DNA of 64,000 bases, taken from NCBI GenBank assembly GCA_037310415.1, contig CP147780.1:992001-1056000 (forward strand). Reading direction: 5' to 3'. Each line of letters starts with the position of its first letter. Positions within the stretch are counted from its first letter, which is position 1. Below the pieces are notes generated by a model. The model was not told the DNA's origin. It worked only from the letters and a program-made list of their open reading frames with translations, and made no database searches. A program made the translations under genes and the position numbers. Shown in pieces: positions 18,825 through 29,157 of this stretch. Origin of the DNA: Candidatus Atabeyarchaeum deiterrae. GTDB lineage: Archaea; Asgardarchaeota; Atabeyarchaeia; Atabeyarchaeales; Atabeyarchaeaceae.

Positions 18825-19796
18825 ATGCAAGAGTTAAGGTGGAATCCCGTGCTTCAAGAGTGGGTAATAGTTGCATCCCACAGGAAGGACAGACCCCTTG
18901 ACGACGAAGGCAACAAGAAATGCCCATTCTGCTCTGGACCAGAAGTCGAGGGCGACTGGGACGTCCTGAGCCTTCCAAACAGATACGCGTCTCTTTCACT
19001 AGACCCTCCCAATCCATCTTCGAAACCGCGTTCGCTGTACGCGGTCGAACCAGCATATGGTGCATGTGAAGTAATCTTGGAAACCAAGCAGCATACCGGT
19101 GACCTAGGTGACCTACCAGTCGAGAGAATAAAGAAGGTGATAGACCTCTTCGCCGAAAGATTTCGTGCTCTGGGCTCCAATCGAAAAATCAAATACGTGC
19201 TTGGGTTTAGAAACAAGGGCAAAGAAATCGGAGTCAGCCTTCATCATCCTCACTCCCAAATATATGCACTGCCATTTATCCCTCCACTAGTCCGGGCGGA
19301 GCTAGATTCAAGCAATGAATACATGAAGAAGGAAGGAGATTGCCTCTTCTGCAGAATCATAGCGGAAGAGAAGGCGGACAATCGTCGAGTGATCTGCGAG
19401 AATAACGAGGCCATATGCTTCCTTCCCTTCTATGCCAGGTGGCCATACGAGACACATATCTATCCGAAGAGACATATTCAGTGTTTGCTAGATATGAAGG
19501 AAAATGAGCGGATGGACTTCGCGGCCATACTGAAGCAGATTATCACATCTTACAACAATCTATTCGATTTCTCTTTTCCATACATAATGGTCATACACCA
19601 GCGACCAACGGATGACGACGACTACAGCTATTATCACACGCACATAGAGTTCTACCCACCTTACAGAAGTAAAGACAAGCTAAAGTTCAGAGCAGGAATC
19701 GAACAGGGAGGCGGAACTTCTACGATGGACTATGAGCCTGAGGAGAAAGCTTTGGAACTCAGAAACCTATGCAAGCGGCTATTTCAAAACAAATAG
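18825..19796 (+). CDS. galT: Galactose-1-phosphate uridylyltransferase
   Basis: ELRWNP..EWV, CPFC, GVSLHHPHSQIY, CLFC, PYE, HTHIEFYPP. Confidence 0.93.
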   Translation: MQELRWNPVLQEWVIVASHRKDRPLDDEGNKKCPFCSGPEVEGDWDVLSLPNRYASLSLDPPNPSSKPRSLYAVEPAYGACEVILETKQHTGDLGDLPVERIKKVIDLFAERFRALGSNRKIKYVLGFRNKGKEIGVSLHHPHSQIYALPFIPPLVRAELDSSNEYMKKEGDCLFCRIIAEEKADNRRVICENNEAICFLPFYARWPYETHIYPKRHIQCLLDMKENERMDFAAILKQIITSYNNLFDFSFPYIMVIHQRPTDDDDYSYYHTHIEFYPPYRSKDKLKFRAGIEQGGGTSTMDYEPEEKALELRNLCKRLFQNK

Positions 19797-19847
19797 TGGC
19801 ACCACCAGTCGGGAAGGATTCCGTACTACTGAATTCTATTCTCCTCG

Positions 19848-20462
19848 TCAGAACCATGGACGAGGAGGAACAGGGTAAAACAAGACATAGACTACGAATG
19901 TCACAAGGATCGCTAGAACAGTACCAGTCGAGACTTGGGAAAACGTGTGGACTTTAAGCTTCAACCTAGCCCATCCAACAGGCAAAAGTAGTAAGTATAT
20001 TAAAGCGGCAATCCACCCGAACACATATGTCAGCCCCGTAACAGGTCCAGCAATCGCCGCAGTATGAACACTAATCTTCCAAGAGAGACTGACTAGAAGA
20101 ATGGAAGACGTGACGCCTACATATGCAAGTGACAGAACCATTAGGGACGTTGCTGAGAGAAGACCAAAAGCTAAGACGCCAAGGCAATAACCAAGAATCG
20201 CCATACCAAAGAGTTTTGGACGTTTCCGTCTATCTGACACATCTATATCCACCTCTCCCTTCTGGGCATAGTACAGAACTGGAGCAACCGGAAGAATCGC
20301 CAGGAACAGAGTCCCAAACAAGATGCTGATTCCTACCCCTAAGAAAGGTCCCAGGCCTATGGGAGACAGGCAGGAGAAAATCACCACGGCTATGACAGCC
20401 ACAGTTGGCGCCGAAAGAATCAGAGATAATCTTTCCGCCAACCTTCTGCGAGAAACGCTCAT
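19848..20462 (-). CDS. PAP2-like integral membrane protein
   Basis: About 6 TM segments; WKISVHT, WARLKLKVHTFSQV. Confidence 0.7.
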   Translation of the reverse strand: MSVSRRRLAERLSLILSAPTVAVIAVVIFSCLSPIGLGPFLGVGISILFGTLFLAILPVAPVLYYAQKGEVDIDVSDRRKRPKLFGMAILGYCLGVLAFGLLSATSLMVLSLAYVGVTSSILLVSLSWKISVHTAAIAGPVTGLTYVFGWIAALIYLLLLPVGWARLKLKVHTFSQVSTGTVLAILVTFVVYVLFYPVPPRPWF

Positions 20463-20634
20463 CCTGACTTACTCCACCTATATCCTTGCCCTAAGAATGT
20501 TCGACACTAATTAACTCTTTGCTTCTTAGTCGCTCGAGATAAGCCTTGAGAAATCTTTGAGAAAGTTCTTCGTGAAAAACAGATCAAGGAATTTCCACAC
20601 CCTCAACTTTATACACATCTGCGGATAACAACAA

Positions 20635-21132
20635 ATGCGAAGTTGGCAGAATCGAAGGAGAGGAGCTTGGAAGTTGACCGGTCGTTCTATTGACAAGAAG
20701 GAAATATCATTGAGGTCGCTTCGAATAGAAGACTATGACAAAATGATCACGTGCTGGAACAAATCAGGTCTGCCGATTAAGATCACAGGGCGAGACAGCA
20801 AAGAGTCGATCGCGAACCAGATGCAGCTTAGCGGGTCATCATTCATAGGAGCCTTTAAGGGACCAAGGTTAGTGGGCCTGGTACTGGCAACTTATGATGG
20901 GCGTAGAGGTTGGATAAATCGAATAGCAATACTCCCAAAGTACAGGAGACAGGGCTTGGCAGCAAAGCTAATAGATAAAGCTGAAGGGTTTTTGAAAGAT
21001 GAAGGTGCGAAGGTAATAGCAGCATTAATAGACCGCTCGAACTCTGCTTCCAGAGCGCTTTTTGAGCGGAAAGGCTACAGCAACAATGAAGATATGCTTT
21101 ATTACAGCAAAAGGGAAAGTGCAGATGCATGA
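20635..21132 (+). CDS. GNAT-family N-acetyltransferase
   Basis: DGRRGWINRIAILPKYRRQGLA, NSASRALFERKGY. Confidence 0.88.
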   Translation: MRSWQNRRRGAWKLTGRSIDKKEISLRSLRIEDYDKMITCWNKSGLPIKITGRDSKESIANQMQLSGSSFIGAFKGPRLVGLVLATYDGRRGWINRIAILPKYRRQGLAAKLIDKAEGFLKDEGAKVIAALIDRSNSASRALFERKGYSNNEDMLYYSKRESADA

Positions 21133-21167
21133 AACGAGTACCTCCTGAGGTTTAGCTAGGGAACAGC

Positions 21168-21902
21168 TTGGAGTTGATTGGTGATTTGTCTTGGGACGGG
21201 AGCGATGAACTCAAAATCGTAGCATTTGACTTTGACGGAGTAATATTCGATGGGGAAAGCGTGGCTGTCGAAATAGGAGAAAAGTTCGGCTTGGGGAGTC
21301 AAATTCGTCAAACGCTTTTTGAACTTCTAACATGGAACATCACTCTCAAAGAAGCGATTCTGAAAGGTGGAGCCCTATGGAAAGGAATCAAGGTTGATGA
21401 TGTTGCCAAGGTAAGTGATAACCTGCATCTCCGTCAGGGGACATTGGGGACTATGAAAGAACTGAAAGTGCATTCGTACAAACTCGCCTTAATCTCTAGC
21501 GGGCTAAGTCAAGTGACATACAACGTCGTCAAGAAGAATCTCGGACTGGACTACGCCTTTGGAAATGAAGCCGAAATAAGGAAAGGAGTCTTTACTGGCA
21601 GACTGGTGGCTCCTCCTGTTGACGCGAATCGCAAGGCCGAAATACTGAAATCGATTGCCAAATCGGAGGGTTTGTCAACGAGAAGCTGCGCGGTCATAGG
21701 AAATGATCCAAACGACATACCAATGATGCTTCTCGCAGGGCTCAGAATAGGGATCAACCCTCATCCAGCTGTGGCAAAGGTATCCAAGATTGTGCTTGAG
21801 AAAATCTCTGACCTCAGAGAGATTCTCCCCCACCTTGTGCCTCCGGAGAAAGGGTTGCCTGAGGATGGAAAGAACGTGGAATTAAACTCTTGTTCTCGGT
21901 GA
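21168..21902 (+). CDS. SerB-like HAD phosphatase (subfamily IB)
   Basis: FDFDGV, ISSG, GVFTG, K, GNDPND. Confidence 0.78.
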   Translation: MELIGDLSWDGSDELKIVAFDFDGVIFDGESVAVEIGEKFGLGSQIRQTLFELLTWNITLKEAILKGGALWKGIKVDDVAKVSDNLHLRQGTLGTMKELKVHSYKLALISSGLSQVTYNVVKKNLGLDYAFGNEAEIRKGVFTGRLVAPPVDANRKAEILKSIAKSEGLSTRSCAVIGNDPNDIPMMLLAGLRIGINPHPAVAKVSKIVLEKISDLREILPHLVPPEKGLPEDGKNVELNSCSR

Positions 21903-21935
21903 ATTGTAGGAAGCCAACTTGCATGAAATGTGATT

Positions 21936-23186
21936 TCAGGTTTTCAACCAACTTGTGATCTTCTCCTGTTTCCTGAAGATCTCTAGTACCTTACTTCTAC
22001 TTGTCCAATTAGGGAGAGGAAGTGTGAGGTGTTTTCCCAGTTCATTCAATGCATCCTTGAGGCTGTTAGCTTTGAATGGAGGTTTCTTCGTTGCTTCGCG
22101 AAGTATCTCCCTCACTCTCCAGACTCCCAGAGGAATCCACTCCTTTTTGACCTCTAATAGTGTGACGATGGCTGCTTGTCTCTTTATGTGTTTCAAGTAT
22201 TCTAGGACTGGTAGCCTTGTCGCGTAGTATGCTCCTCCTACTGTGCTAGCGTATGTCGTTCTTCCGTGAAAGAGCTCGTGGTCCGAGTCAGGATGAGGAC
22301 TGGGCCCGATGAGCCAGCACTCCAAGGCTTCAAACATCCAAGAACTAGGTAGAAACAACGCTTGAACGTTATTGTGCAATGCCTCGTGTCCAACAACCAT
22401 GAACTCGTTTATCCAGGGAAATCTAGTGACCTCTTTGTGGAGTTTCTTTCCCAATATGTCGTCGGTTGCGGTGATACTCCACTCCGTTGGTACGAGTCTT
22501 CTCCTTTTCTTAGTTCCCAGTAGTCCGATTGAGAGCAGACGAGTTATCTGACGCTGGGGAACCATGGCATCATATAAATCGACCATTCCTTCAATCGCTT
22601 TGAGGTCGGTGTCACCCACAACGGAATCAATCTTGCGAGGTATGGACGGGTTTGTAGTTACTTTTAGTTTTTCTATTGTTGCGGATGGGCCTACGGGAAC
22701 CTCGCGGGGTGAGAACATTATCTCAAGCCTTGGTTTCTTCGTGAAGACAGCTTCCGTCTCAGTTGGACGAGAGGCCATGACGATCTCCTGAACGGTTTGC
22801 AGCATTCTATCTGGGTTCTGGGCTGAGGTCACCTTGACTGCAGTCTTTCCTCTAACTAAGCTGAAACGATAGCGAAGGAGATCCTCGATTCTTTTGTCCA
22901 ACCACATCTCTGGAGAATCCATGATGGCAGTCTCTTCACCTACTATTGGTGGGATCAATGGTCCTGCCAAAACCTTCGGGTATCCCCAGCTTCCCACGAA
23001 GACTGCAGGCGGTGATGAGCCGAAAATATCCTCCTTGAGGATTTTATCCAACTCTACGGTGGCTTCAGCTTTGATAAGTATTGGGCAAATCGGCTTCCCG
23101 CAGAGTCTCCTGAACCCTCGGCAAGAAGTACACATGCTGACATGCTCTGTTTCTCTGCTGTAGGTCAAGAGTTTCAGTTGACTCAT
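21936..23186 (-). CDS. Nre-family archaeal DNA repair protein (PCNA-interacting)
   Basis: CTSCRG..LCG..CP, GSSPPAVFVG..GYP, LVPTEWSIT, GGAYYA.RL, PLGVW.VRE, C-terminal PIP box QEKITSW. Confidence 0.88.
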   Translation of the reverse strand: MSQLKLLTYSRETEHVSMCTSCRGFRRLCGKPICPILIKAEATVELDKILKEDIFGSSPPAVFVGSWGYPKVLAGPLIPPIVGEETAIMDSPEMWLDKRIEDLLRYRFSLVRGKTAVKVTSAQNPDRMLQTVQEIVMASRPTETEAVFTKKPRLEIMFSPREVPVGPSATIEKLKVTTNPSIPRKIDSVVGDTDLKAIEGMVDLYDAMVPQRQITRLLSIGLLGTKKRRRLVPTEWSITATDDILGKKLHKEVTRFPWINEFMVVGHEALHNNVQALFLPSSWMFEALECWLIGPSPHPDSDHELFHGRTTYASTVGGAYYATRLPVLEYLKHIKRQAAIVTLLEVKKEWIPLGVWRVREILREATKKPPFKANSLKDALNELGKHLTLPLPNWTSRSKVLEIFRKQEKITSWLKT

Positions 23187-23355
23187 CTTGGGGCTCTCCG
23201 GACATTAACAGCATAGCAAAGTCCTAATATATGCTCCATAGTCCGCTCAGGTTCGGTGGGCGCCTGTCCGGATTGAGGAATCTCCAGTTCACCTAACTGC
23301 AAGGTATATTTGCTGCCTTGATCACAATCATATCGGTGGCATTTGACGTGAGGTT

Positions 23356-24291
23356 TTGATTATGCCTCTCAAGGGTGTAGAGAAATTCCGCAAGAAGCTT
23401 CCAGGATACGCTGGCAAGAGAATCATGCTTCTGGCAATTCTTGCATTGCTATCATTCTCTCTTGGTCTAATGTTTCTTGTGACACTAGACGTGTTGCCCA
23501 GATTTCATCGCGAAATTAGTTTTCTTAGTATAATCGAACCTGCGCTCCCAGCTATGGGGACAGCCGTGTGCGGCATCATTGGTTTTGTGTTGATTTACAT
23601 GGTCTGGCGAAAGAAGGAAAGACTCCTCAGAGAATCTAAAAGACTGGCGTATCAGCGTGGATTCAAGTATGCTGTTATTGGGATTCCATTAATCTTTGCC
23701 GCAGTAGTTCACATCTACTTGCCAATTGAGCAACTGCCATATATCCTATCGCCGATACCACCCGTCAATGGGCTTACCGTTGAATTCTCGTCAACCCTGC
23801 TGGGACTTCTTCCACTTCCAGGATTGACTGTTATTCCGGGGTTGACACTTGCAAGTTTCTTGGTTCAAATCCTTGGAAGCGTTGTTTGTCTCGCATTGGG
23901 TCTCCTCACATTTCGTCGGTCACTCCTTACCTTTGGGATGGATTACATGGGCTTGGTCTACCTCTACTATCCAAAAGAGTCAGAGATTCAAAGGCATGAG
24001 ATCTATTCTGTCCTTCGTCACCCGACTTATGCTGGAGTCCTGTTGATTGGATTCGGGGGCGTGCTCGCGAGGCTCTCAATGTACTCCATCATATTCTTCA
24101 TAATAATCTTGGCTGGCTTGTTGTTGCATATCAGGTTTGTTGAGGAGAAAGAACTCATCGCTAGGTTTGGCAAATCATTTCTGAAATACAGGCGGAAGGT
24201 ACCTGCGCTACTCGTCAGACCTAGAAAGATCGGTGCCTACTTCAGGTTTATAGCAGGTCACAAGGAGAATCCTAAGTCTCGACGAAGGTGA
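23356..24291 (+). CDS. Isoprenylcysteine carboxyl methyltransferase/PEMT-family membrane protein
   Basis: Multiple TM segments; IYSVLRHPTY, EEKELIARFG..F..YRRKVP. Confidence 0.8.
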   Translation: MIMPLKGVEKFRKKLPGYAGKRIMLLAILALLSFSLGLMFLVTLDVLPRFHREISFLSIIEPALPAMGTAVCGIIGFVLIYMVWRKKERLLRESKRLAYQRGFKYAVIGIPLIFAAVVHIYLPIEQLPYILSPIPPVNGLTVEFSSTLLGLLPLPGLTVIPGLTLASFLVQILGSVVCLALGLLTFRRSLLTFGMDYMGLVYLYYPKESEIQRHEIYSVLRHPTYAGVLLIGFGGVLARLSMYSIIFFIIILAGLLLHIRFVEEKELIARFGKSFLKYRRKVPALLVRPRKIGAYFRFIAGHKENPKSRRR

Positions 24292-24351
24292 GAACCAGAC
24301 AATACTTATTAATATGCCCAAGGAAGTAAAGAGCGGAGGTCAAAGCAGAAA

Positions 24352-24831
24352 ATGGCCATTGGCAGATTTCAAGTCATGGCGACACTTCAAGCTGCTAGGG
24401 CACTTGTTCTTGGGCTGCCTGACTCACTCGCAAAGAGTTGGGGTCTAAACCGTGCGATTTTCTACGCGGCAGCCAAACGCGGTTTCAAAGCGAAGCCTCC
24501 GATCGAAAGACCTCAAGCAGAGATTCAGAGAAAACCTGTGTTGGAGACTCCTGATGCCTTTCACTTGGGAGACGAAATGGCCTACAAGACTCAGGAGAAG
24601 GATGGCAAAACATGCTTTACCATCGGTGGAAAAGTTCAGACAGAAAATGATTTCGAGAGACAGATTGAATCACGTTTTAGCGGTATGTTTGATCAGACTT
24701 GGGGAGAAGCTCTCGAACTGGTGAGACAGTTCAGTCGCGAGGTTCTATTGTCGCAGCGGGATTTTTTTGACACGGTGTACAGGCCGAACAGAGATCGACT
24801 GTCGGCAAAGTGGACGGAGTCACTCAGATAA
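24352..24831 (+). CDS. Conserved archaeal hypothetical protein
   Basis: SD GGAGGT upstream; GRFQVMATLQAAR, SWGLNRAIFYAAAKRG. Confidence 0.7.
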   Translation: MAIGRFQVMATLQAARALVLGLPDSLAKSWGLNRAIFYAAAKRGFKAKPPIERPQAEIQRKPVLETPDAFHLGDEMAYKTQEKDGKTCFTIGGKVQTENDFERQIESRFSGMFDQTWGEALELVRQFSREVLLSQRDFFDTVYRPNRDRLSAKWTESLR

Positions 24832-24872
24832 ATAGTACATGAAAGCATTAGTTGACGGCATGATCTCCTGTT

Positions 24873-25760
24873 TTGTCGTTGCTATCTATCTCTGGAAAGG
24901 AGGCTTTCCAAGTGATGATTAGTGAATCCACCCTGTCCGAAGGTATGAGAGCGATCGGACCAATAGCTGGTTACTCGCGAAGTTGCATGAGCACCTCTCT
25001 TTACCTTGAGAAATATAAGCTTCTTCTTGATGCTGGTCCCTTATCATCTTTCACTAAAGGATCGGTAGATGCTAATAAGATTCTAATCAGTCATTTTCAC
25101 CATGACCACTGGTCAGGATTAATCGGTCTCCTAGGTTTGAAGAAGTGTCGGGACAGATTTCATCCCGTTCACATCTATTCGCCTAGGGGGTCAATGTGGT
25201 TTCTCAAATCTCTCTTGATGGAGCTGAAGAATAGGCGCGAACTCAGCATTGTCCTCACGCCGGACCCAAAATCTCTGATCAGTCGGCAGAGACGAATCCC
25301 CGTTGTGTTGCATGCTTTGGAAGGGAATCAGACTGCTGACACTGGAGATGGGTTGATGATTGAGGCATTTGATTCAATCCACCGTTGTGAGAGCATAGGT
25401 TTTAAACTCAGTGCAAGGAGAAATGGCGCAAGCACATGGTCCAGAATCCTGACTTATACTGGCGACACCAACGTTCAAGGACTAAATGATGATGCTCTGT
25501 CATCTCCAGTGTTAATTACTGAATGCACATATCTTGAACATGAGAAAACTAGAAAAGCCATGGAACGTGGGCACATGGCGATGGACAACGTTGTTGAAAT
25601 AGAATCGAAGTTCAGAGGTGATGACATTCTTCTTATTCACTTCAAAGGAAACTACACAGATGAAGAAATATCTGGGGCAATAGAATCACGCAACCACAGA
25701 GGAGTAAAACCTAGAGCCATTTGCACAGAGATTTCAGATGCAAAGTATGCGCCAGAGTAG
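24873..25760 (+). CDS. RNase Z-like MBL-fold hydrolase
   Basis: LDAG, SHFHHDHWSG, SIH, YTGDT, TECT, RGH, LIHF. Confidence 0.8.
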   Translation: MSLLSISGKEAFQVMISESTLSEGMRAIGPIAGYSRSCMSTSLYLEKYKLLLDAGPLSSFTKGSVDANKILISHFHHDHWSGLIGLLGLKKCRDRFHPVHIYSPRGSMWFLKSLLMELKNRRELSIVLTPDPKSLISRQRRIPVVLHALEGNQTADTGDGLMIEAFDSIHRCESIGFKLSARRNGASTWSRILTYTGDTNVQGLNDDALSSPVLITECTYLEHEKTRKAMERGHMAMDNVVEIESKFRGDDILLIHFKGNYTDEEISGAIESRNHRGVKPRAICTEISDAKYAPE

Positions 25761-25776
25761 AGTCTCCTGCGAATTG

Positions 25777-25935
25777 CTAGCCAAACCTGTTTCTGACTTG
25801 GGTCATGATCGATTCGCCGGCAATGTTAACATCGACCAACACGCCAACTGCGAAGATTACTGCCAACGCAGTCAGGCCGTTTCGCAGCTTACTCCTGCGG
25901 AGTCACCGTGAGGCGATTCGGAAATCCAGCCAACC
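25777..25935 (-). pseudogene. N-terminal stub of an FtsX/MacB-type ABC permease
   Basis: Manual translation LDFRIASR*LRRSKLRNGLTALAVIFAVGVLVDVNIAGESIMTQVRNRFG*, directly after the ATPase gene. Confidence 0.65.
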
Positions 25936-25943
25936 TTCACTCT

Positions 25944-26723
25944 TCAGTCTCGGAGTTTTTTGGGCTCAATGATTTGCCCGTCCATGATTCTCAATATCCT
26001 GTCCATCTTGGCGCCCACATTCGGGTCATGAGTCACGATTATGAGTGTGCGTCTTTTCTCCTTCGAAAGTCTTAGGAGCATTTTCACTATTTCCTGTCCA
26101 GTTTTTGTGTCAAGATCTCCTGTGACTTCGTCCCCGAGAATTATTGATGGATTGTTTGCTAGGGCCCTAGCGATTGCGACGCGCTGCTGTTCACCGCCGC
26201 TAAGCTCATCAGGTCTGTGATCCATTCTGTCTCCCAAGCCAACGACTGAGAGTAATCGCCTAGTCCTCTTCGTCCTGATGGTCTTAGGGTATCTGGCGAA
26301 GATCATTGGGAGTTCAACGTTCTCAAATGCGGTGAGTACAGGTATTAGATTGTAGAACTGGAAGATCGGGCCTATCTTGTGCCGCCTTATCATCGTTAGC
26401 TCTTTATCACTCATTCTTGAGATGTCTACACCGTCGATCACTACCCGGCCTGATGTTGGTGTGTCGAGTGCGCCGATCACATTCAGCAAAGTTGTCTTAC
26501 CCGAACCTGAGGGACCCATGATCGCAACGGCTTCTCCTTTCATCACTCTCAGATTAACGCCTCTTAATGCGTTAACGATATTGCCCCCTAGTTTGTAGGT
26601 CTTTACGAGGTCCTTCGTCTCAACAATGACTTTTCTGTTTTGACTCAACGAATATCCCCCATCTTGACTCAGGTGAGGAGACCATGGGATTGTCCAAGAA
26701 CATGAGCCCTGAATCTCCCTCAT
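25944..26723 (-). CDS. LolD/MacB-type ABC transporter ATP-binding protein (true start probably about 75 nt downstream)
   Basis: [41 protein letters not shown]. Confidence 0.9.
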   Translation of the reverse strand: MREIQGSCSWTIPWSPHLSQDGGYSLSQNRKVIVETKDLVKTYKLGGNIVNALRGVNLRVMKGEAVAIMGPSGSGKTTLLNVIGALDTPTSGRVVIDGVDISRMSDKELTMIRRHKIGPIFQFYNLIPVLTAFENVELPMIFARYPKTIRTKRTRRLLSVVGLGDRMDHRPDELSGGEQQRVAIARALANNPSIILGDEVTGDLDTKTGQEIVKMLLRLSKEKRRTLIIVTHDPNVGAKMDRILRIMDGQIIEPKKLRD

Positions 26724-26891
26724 AGAAGTTTATACGATTTAAAAGGCTTTCGAGGTAGTTGAAGGCATCTCAGTGTGTTCTTCAGCCTCCCAAAGAGTTA
26801 ACTCAAGACATTTCCAATATGTACTTTAGGTTTGAGTCGCACTCATCTACCAAACTAGAGACTTAAGAGGCGACGCAGAGGTTGGGGTAAA

Positions 26892-28487
26892 GTGGAGTCA
26901 GCCGACTTCATAGTCATAGGCAGCGGAATTGCAGGCCTATACACGAGCATAGAAGCTAGCCGATACTACAAAGTCATAGTAGTCACAAAGAGCAGCCTCG
27001 AGGAATGCAACACTAAATATGCCCAAGGCGGAATCGCTGCAGCTATTGGCCCATTCGATTCTCCCAACTTGCACTACAATGACACCATCAAAGCAGGAGC
27101 AGGTCTGGTTGACCCGATTGCTGCAAGAATACTTGTGGACGAAGCTCCTGATAGGATCGCCGACCTGATCAGTCTTGGAGTTCCGTTCGACACACTTGAT
27201 GGTGAGATAACACTTGCTATTGAAGGAGCCCACACCGTACCACGAGTTCTCCATGCAGGAGGAGACGCCACTGGAGCAAACATCGAGCAGACACTAAGTT
27301 CGTGGGTCAGAAAGAATTCCGAAATCAGCATTCTTGAAGATCATCTTGCTACGAAGATCAGAGTTGAAAACAGACTGGCCACTGGCATCGAGACAGTAGA
27401 CTGCAAGACAGGATCAAAGAGAATCTTCGCAGGAAAGCATATCGTTGTGGCGACTGGAGGTAGTGGGATGCTTTTTGAACACACAACGAACCCGCCAGTG
27501 GCTACTGGAACGGGAATAGCAGTAGCCTACCTGGCTGGTGCACTGATTTCAGACATGGAGTTCTATCAGTTTCATCCAACGGCATTATTCATGCCAGGGG
27601 TTCCAAGATTCCTTATCTCGGAAGCAGTTAGAGGGGAAGGCGGAATCCTCCGGAACTCAAAGGGCGAAGCATTCGCCCGCAATTATCATCCAGATGGCGA
27701 GTTGGCTGCTAGAGACATCGTTTCCAGAGCAATACTAGCGGAGATGGATAGAACCAAATCTGACCACGTCTACTTGGACGTTACCCATCTGCCTGGGCAA
27801 AGGATCGTCACCAGATTTCCGAGTATCTATAGGTTCTGTCTGAGCCAAAAACTCGACATAACCAAGGAGATGATTCCTGTGGCCCCAGCTGCACACTACA
27901 TGATCGGGGGCGTCAAGACCAATGTATGGGGTGAAACCAGCATCGAGGGATTGTATGCGTGTGGGGAAGCAGCTGACACGGGAGTCCACGGTGCTAACAG
28001 ACTCGCAAGCAATTCACTGATGGAGACGCTCGTATTCGGGAAAAGAATAGTAAAGAGAGTACTTTCAGGAGAGGAATGGACAGGGTGTTCGGCAGCACCG
28101 ACTGATATAGTCACCTCACTTGATCCGCAAGTCGCGGAAGCTGAGACTCATTCAGCTCCTAGAGACAATTACAGAGATCAGATCTCTTTGTCAGACCTGC
28201 AGAACCTTATGTGGGAGAAGGTTGGAATAATTAGATCAGGGGTGAATTTGAGGCAGGCAGTAAAGCAACTCACTGGATGGCGACGTGAAGGTCGAGAAGC
28301 GAAGAATGAGGCCCCGGAATCAACGGAGCTACATCTCATGAATATGGAGGCGCTTCTGATCTCGACAGCAGCTTTAATGCGCACCGAGAGTCGAGGGACA
28401 CATTACCGATCAGATTATCCATTCGAATCGGAAGAATGGATAAGACATATTGTCTTCCAGCGCAAAGAAAACTCTTGGGAGAGATAG
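26892..28487 (+). CDS. nadB: L-aspartate oxidase
   Basis: GSGIAG, AQGGIAA, EGAH, GDATG, MEFYQFHPT, SEAVRGEG, AHYMIGG, HGANRLASNSL, ESRGTHYR. Confidence 0.92.
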   Translation: MESADFIVIGSGIAGLYTSIEASRYYKVIVVTKSSLEECNTKYAQGGIAAAIGPFDSPNLHYNDTIKAGAGLVDPIAARILVDEAPDRIADLISLGVPFDTLDGEITLAIEGAHTVPRVLHAGGDATGANIEQTLSSWVRKNSEISILEDHLATKIRVENRLATGIETVDCKTGSKRIFAGKHIVVATGGSGMLFEHTTNPPVATGTGIAVAYLAGALISDMEFYQFHPTALFMPGVPRFLISEAVRGEGGILRNSKGEAFARNYHPDGELAARDIVSRAILAEMDRTKSDHVYLDVTHLPGQRIVTRFPSIYRFCLSQKLDITKEMIPVAPAAHYMIGGVKTNVWGETSIEGLYACGEAADTGVHGANRLASNSLMETLVFGKRIVKRVLSGEEWTGCSAAPTDIVTSLDPQVAEAETHSAPRDNYRDQISLSDLQNLMWEKVGIIRSGVNLRQAVKQLTGWRREGREAKNEAPESTELHLMNMEALLISTAALMRTESRGTHYRSDYPFESEEWIRHIVFQRKENSWER

Positions 28488-28574
28488 GGGATCTGCAGAC
28501 GAACCAGCAACTGCACATTCAAACTCACTAAGGCAGTTTGCTTTCTTTCCAAGCAAGCACAAATCAACATTCAA

Positions 28575-29141
28575 TTGGTGATCGAGTTGGAGAGGAAACC
28601 TCCTTCATCACTCACAAGCCCGAAGTTCGTCGAAATAATCAAGATCCTGATGATTGGAGATGGTGGTGTCGGGAAGACAACGCTATTACATCGACTAGTA
28701 ACTGGTGGATACTCAGAACAGTCAATGACGATCGGGGTTGGATTTGCTTCCAAGGTCATGAGAACTCTTGATGGCAGGGAAGTGAAGTTGCAGGTGTGGG
28801 ATGTCGCTGGGCAAAGCAGGTTCAGACTTCTTGTCCCTTCTGCAAGGGGTGGTGCAAAGGGCATAATTCTTGTTTTTGATCTCTCCAGACCGTCAACGTT
28901 TGTGCGGCTCGATGATTGGGTAAGACTCGCGAGAAGCGATTTGCCACCGGAAAGACATGTTCCGATTGTTCTTGTTGGTGCAAAATGCGACCTTGCAAGA
29001 AAAGTGTTGACCGAAGAAGCCAGAAGTTTCACAGCCAGGATGAAACTGGATGAATATATCGAGACGAGTTCCAAGGGTAATATCAATGTGGAGAGACCAT
29101 TTGAAAAGCTCCTTCAGCTCCTTGTTCAAAAACCGAGATAA
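28575..29141 (+). CDS. Rab-like Ras-superfamily small GTPase
   Basis: G1 GDGGVGKT, G2 TIG, G3 WDVAGQ, G4 GAKCD, G5 ETSSK. Confidence 0.88.
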   Translation: MVIELERKPPSSLTSPKFVEIIKILMIGDGGVGKTTLLHRLVTGGYSEQSMTIGVGFASKVMRTLDGREVKLQVWDVAGQSRFRLLVPSARGGAKGIILVFDLSRPSTFVRLDDWVRLARSDLPPERHVPIVLVGAKCDLARKVLTEEARSFTARMKLDEYIETSSKGNINVERPFEKLLQLLVQKPR

Positions 29142-29157
29142 CTGGTCTTATTGACTG

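Noticed and set aside
23356-29141. ICMT-family methyltransferase acting on the Rab-like GTPase
   Set aside because: The GTPase has no C-terminal Cys/CaaX motif, and this methyltransferase family is widespread in prokaryotes
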